Part shown: positions 60,401 through 64,000 of the stretch, piece after piece
Numbering within the stretch: position 1 is the first letter of the stretch
How the letters are laid out: each line of letters opens with the position of its first letter
DNA from: Eukaryota sp. GEM-RC1
Taxonomy: Eukaryota
Direction of reading: 5' to 3'
NCBI GenBank assembly: GCA_040285855.1
Contig: JAUFOQ010000016.1
Coordinates: 1,612,001-1,676,000 of the forward strand
Length of the DNA stretch: 64,000 nucleotides
The notes under the pieces: generated by a model
Databases searched by the model: none
What the model was told of the DNA's origin: nothing
The model's input: only the letters and a program-made list of their open reading frames with translations
Program-made: the position numbers and the translations under genes

Positions 60401-61065
60401 TATTAAGTTCTAGTTTTTGCATTTATCTTACTGCTTGTTTTCCATAAAAATATGGTTACTAAAAAATCTACAATATCGATATGTAAACAAGGTATTGGGG
60501 AAAAATAATTTTTTGCAATAAAGCATTTATTTCCGAACCAATCAATAATTTCTAAAGATCACTGCCAGCAATAAATGAATTTTGTTGCAGGTAACTCAGA
60601 CAAATATTTAAATTATTGTGAAGCTTAACTACGTGTACTAAGCAATGAATATGAAACAGTTTCGTCATTAGCCTGTTCAAAAGTCACATGAATGTAGTGT
60701 CTTGCCTGCTGGTCAATTCCGTCAATAGGGTAGGTTTAAAATACTTGTACTTTGGTGTCCTCTTCTTCTTCTTGTCCAAAGATTCATCTGTCTTCAGAGT
60801 AAGATCATTTTTAAGTAGCCACTTGTTAGCATTTGGCTGATAGTATATCTCAAAAAATCAGAATGCAGTATTCTGCAATAATTGCAATAAATAACTACTA
60901 ACCAATAAACATTGCTACAGTATGCAAGAACACAATACATGTATATGTATATATTTATGCGCAGTAAATACTTAAATTGTTTAACAAACATTTTCTTCAA
61001 ATACCTGATGTAAACTAGAAAGAAAAGTGACTGAAGAGTTTGAGCTCATGTAGTTTAAACTAGAA

Positions 61066-61225
61066 TTCGCATTAGCTTGGCTAAAACTAATAGTCCCGAG
61101 TTCGCTGCTTTTTTAATTGACCTTTGTAATAGCGGACCTTCTGGATTAATTTCTCCAATTCCTAAGAAGTTTGGATTACATTAATCTGATGAAGCTTGGA
61201 TGATCAATATGCATCTTCGATTCGC
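61066..61225 (+). mobile_element. Short internal fragment of the 51627-53515 retrotransposon family
   Basis: ATTAGCTTGGCTAAAACTAATAGTCCCGAGTTCGCTGCTTTTTTAAT is the reverse complement of ~52498-52544. Confidence 0.8.
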
Positions 61226-61329
61226 TAGATATTTCCTTTTGAAGGGGTTTACTTTTATTGCACAGAATTATTCTTAACACATCAAAATTTGCAGGTTCTA
61301 ATTACGATACCTACTATAAACCTAATGCA

Positions 61330-62310
61330 ATGTCGTCTGTCGAAACACATGCCTTTTCAACATACTACAATCGTGTAGCAAACTCTCTTGGTTTTTCTCT
61401 TCAACAGTATCCATTTCTTTCTTTTGTCGTTGATGCTTTACTTACAGCACCCTTACCCCCATTCTGGGTTGAGTTTTACTACGACAAGGACTCTGTTTAC
61501 TATTTTGATGCTTTAAATGAAGAATCCCATCATGCTCATCCAGCAGAACCTTTTTTCAGGGATTTAGTGGACGTTATTCTGCAAGAACCTCTTGATAACC
61601 TCGATGAGGACGATATCTCAGATTTAAAGTCACTGTTTACTTCTGTTTTACCACACTGTGTCACTGTAACACCTTCCCAAGTACTAACCACTGCCAGCCT
61701 GCTCTCCATCGATCCCTCTGTAGAACCTCATCTCCTATGGATACCCAAGGAGCTTTTATCAACACCTTTGCCTGAGGACTGGCAGTTCTCGGTCTCAAAC
61801 AAGAAAGTAGCTTACAAAAACACTGTTTCTAATGAAGTTTCTGTTGTACACCCGCTTATTGACAATTATCGAACAATTGTTGTCCAGTATAGAACTCTTT
61901 CGGGAAGTCTTCCCTTTGATTTTACATTTAATCTGGAACTCAACGCTTGGATGAAGTTTGAAGATTATTCTGTTGGTCAAGAGTATTTTTACAACTTTAT
62001 TACTCAACAGAGGCAATTAACATCACCTGTGCCAGAATCCCAGTTGATTCAGCGTCCTAATATTCTTCCTTCCTCTTTGTCCTGTCTTTCTACTGTAGAA
62101 GTTTCTCTTTTAGACGATGCTATTCAAAAGGCACATGCAGTGCTTACACCACGAGAAGAAGTAGCTACGTTGAAAAGTGAAATGTCAGTTAATAGTTGTA
62201 GAAAGAGTCGGAGTTTAAAGACATCTGCACGTAATCTGGGTGGTGTTAAGAATGCAAATTTTCTAAAAACTTTAAGATTTGAAAGCAGTCGACTCTCCTC
62301 AATAATTTAA
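61330..62310 (+). CDS. WW-domain protein with two CEP164-N-like modules
   Basis: LGF....PFL..V..AL.APLPPFW...YYF..L..ES...HP and LSIDPSVEPHLLWI....TPLPEDW...Y.N......HP; a third WW-like motif follows. Confidence 0.75.
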   Translation: MSSVETHAFSTYYNRVANSLGFSLQQYPFLSFVVDALLTAPLPPFWVEFYYDKDSVYYFDALNEESHHAHPAEPFFRDLVDVILQEPLDNLDEDDISDLKSLFTSVLPHCVTVTPSQVLTTASLLSIDPSVEPHLLWIPKELLSTPLPEDWQFSVSNKKVAYKNTVSNEVSVVHPLIDNYRTIVVQYRTLSGSLPFDFTFNLELNAWMKFEDYSVGQEYFYNFITQQRQLTSPVPESQLIQRPNILPSSLSCLSTVEVSLLDDAIQKAHAVLTPREEVATLKSEMSVNSCRKSRSLKTSARNLGGVKNANFLKTLRFESSRLSSII

Positions 62311-62445
62311 AAAATTAAAATGTAGAATGAAATTCAAGTATTTTATACAAAATTTACAGATTTATTTACATTTGTTGACTTCCTCTTCTATTTTTCACAA
62401 TGAAGTTAGGATCTCCTTTTAATACACTTTGTAAAGCTTTGATTC

Positions 62446-64000
62446 CTAATTGAGATTTTGAAACCCATTCAACTTTCTTTTGCTCGACTTAATCATCAAT
62501 TTGATTGAATCAGTAGACAACTTATCACTTGTTACCTTGGCAATCAACCTCACGTCACTATAATCACTTTCCTTATACACCAAAGGAGAAACACACGTGA
62601 GCCCAACCATTCTGATTGATTTTGCCACTTCCATTTGAGCAGGTACAAGGCCGTAATTTGAATACTCAGATCTAAGAACAACAGCAAAGGGAGAACTTAA
62701 CGAAGGAGAAGCGAAGTTTAGGAGGGAAGCAAACTTGTTGACATCGAGTTCAAGACCAAAAACAAAAGAATTGTCCTTTTCAAACAAAGCTCCATTAAGA
62801 CAGCCCAAACAGGAAATACAACAATCAGATGAACCGTGAATTTTTAAAAATGGTTGTAGTTTTAGATTGGTAGCCAAACCGATTTCGGATGCTAATTTGT
62901 AGAAAAATTCAATATTCTCATGATCTTCTGGTTTAGTTGGACTTCCCTTGTAGTTTAATAGGTAAGTTTTGTAAGAAGTGTCTAAACAAGCTCCTGAAGG
63001 TAATGACGGGAATAAAGAGCAACTAAAGTAAATAGTGGGAGGCTCTCGTAGAAATCCAGTTTCTTCGTATAAAAGAGTATAAACAGATTTTAAAAAGGCA
63101 ATGAAATTTAAAATTTTGTCAAAATCACTGTTGAAATGGAAAAATGACTTGGTGTGACATAGGTAGAAGTTCTGTTCACCATTACTCATTAGCTTGAAGG
63201 TTTCAAAGAGAGAATCACAGGAAGTGAAATCATGAGCAATATTGACCAAATAGGAAAGATATTTGAATTGACTGTTCTTTGATCCAGTAATAAAAGCTAA
63301 ATGTTGACCCCCAGATGACGCGGAACTTTCCGTTTCTGGAATTGGAAGAGGAAAGTGATGAGATCCAAGTAACTCCAGCACCGATGTAAAACCCTTCAAA
63401 TATTCCCCAACATTTTTAAAAAATGACAAATCCTTGTCCTGTGTAACAAGAGTCCTCGAACACTGCTTCAAGAAAATCGAATGAACCTCCTGCCAAACAG
63501 CTAAATCTTTCAACTGAGTTAACTGTTCCAGAATAGAAGGTATTGGGATCTTATTAAAACACTCTGAAAAAATCTCTTGAGCTGAAGGTCTTTGAGATGG
63601 ATCCACGTGAGTCATTCTCCTAATCATTTGGGAAACTGTTGGATACTCAGAGACAAGCTGAGGGGGGAGGTCGTTTTCATAAATCTTTGATAGAAGACGG
63701 ATGCGTTCAGAAGCGGTAACGCAAGGGTAGAATATTTCAAAAACAATCAGGCCTGCAGAGTAGATATCAACTTTCGAAGTAGAGATCAACTCTTCTTGAG
63801 CACGAAGCTCAGGTGCCATGTAAAGAGAAGTTCCTGCAGCAACAGTGGTTCCAGTGTGATTGACAGAAGAGATCGTTAGTCCAAAATCACCAATTTTGAT
63901 CACGCCAATGTTGTCGTTGGGTAAGAGCTCAGTGATTGAACCTCTTCGTTTACCTTCCTCAGACTCAGTTGCTTGAAGGAAGATATTAGCTGGTTTAAGA
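62446..64000 (-). CDS. eIF2-alpha kinase, GCN2-like (5' part outside window)
   Basis: LKPANIF, IKIGDFGL, GTSLYMAPE, KVDIYS.G...FE..YP..T.SER...L; ~350-aa C-terminal extension is possibly a degenerate HisRS-like region. Confidence 0.8.
   Translation of the reverse strand, partial: LKPANIFLQATESEEGKRRGSITELLPNDNIGVIKIGDFGLTISSVNHTGTTVAAGTSLYMAPELRAQEELISTSKVDIYSAGLIVFEIFYPCVTASERIRLLSKIYENDLPPQLVSEYPTVSQMIRRMTHVDPSQRPSAQEIFSECFNKIPIPSILEQLTQLKDLAVWQEVHSIFLKQCSRTLVTQDKDLSFFKNVGEYLKGFTSVLELLGSHHFPLPIPETESSASSGGQHLAFITGSKNSQFKYLSYLVNIAHDFTSCDSLFETFKLMSNGEQNFYLCHTKSFFHFNSDFDKILNFIAFLKSVYTLLYEETGFLREPPTIYFSCSLFPSLPSGACLDTSYKTYLLNYKGSPTKPEDHENIEFFYKLASEIGLATNLKLQPFLKIHGSSDCCISCLGCLNGALFEKDNSFVFGLELDVNKFASLLNFASPSLSSPFAVVLRSEYSNYGLVPAQMEVAKSIRMVGLTCVSPLVYKESDYSDVRLIAKVTSDKLSTDSIKLMIKSSKRKLNGFQNLN

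Noticed and set aside
1..64000. Alternative genetic code (stop reassignment as in hexamitid diplomonads)
   Set aside because: TAA, TAG and TGA all terminate conserved genes, and long ORFs lack in-frame stops.

Overview
AT-rich, gene-dense eukaryotic window, not prokaryotic. The content points to an intron-poor, flagellated, probably anaerobic protist; a metamonad is my inference. Clues are 28-32 nt GT-AG introns, Gemin2 and RBM22, Sec61beta/gamma, GET4, IRE1, a GCN2-like kinase, ferlin, TMC, a dynein tail, and bacterial-type tryptophanase, deoxynucleoside kinase and nucleoside hydrolase. About 28 host genes lie in tight blocks. The spacers are packed with (i) at least 8 hAT-type TIR elements, 7 with perfect 8-bp TSDs, (ii) a TA-flanked MITE, and (iii) about 10 pieces of RT/CCHC/restriction-like-endonuclease (RLE) non-LTR retrotransposons, often nested in each other. 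One tRNA-Gly(GCC) is present. Many CDSs are broken by single-base indels, often at homopolymers, which look like assembly errors. Best leads: a motor-less dynein heavy chain tail gene (possible split or trans-spliced gene), tiny introns with a branch point fused to the 3' splice site, retroelements ending in T/TC tails instead of poly(A), two different hAT elements stacked at one palindromic target, and a laterally acquired tryptophanase that has gained an intron. All family calls are by motif recognition only; no database search was run.
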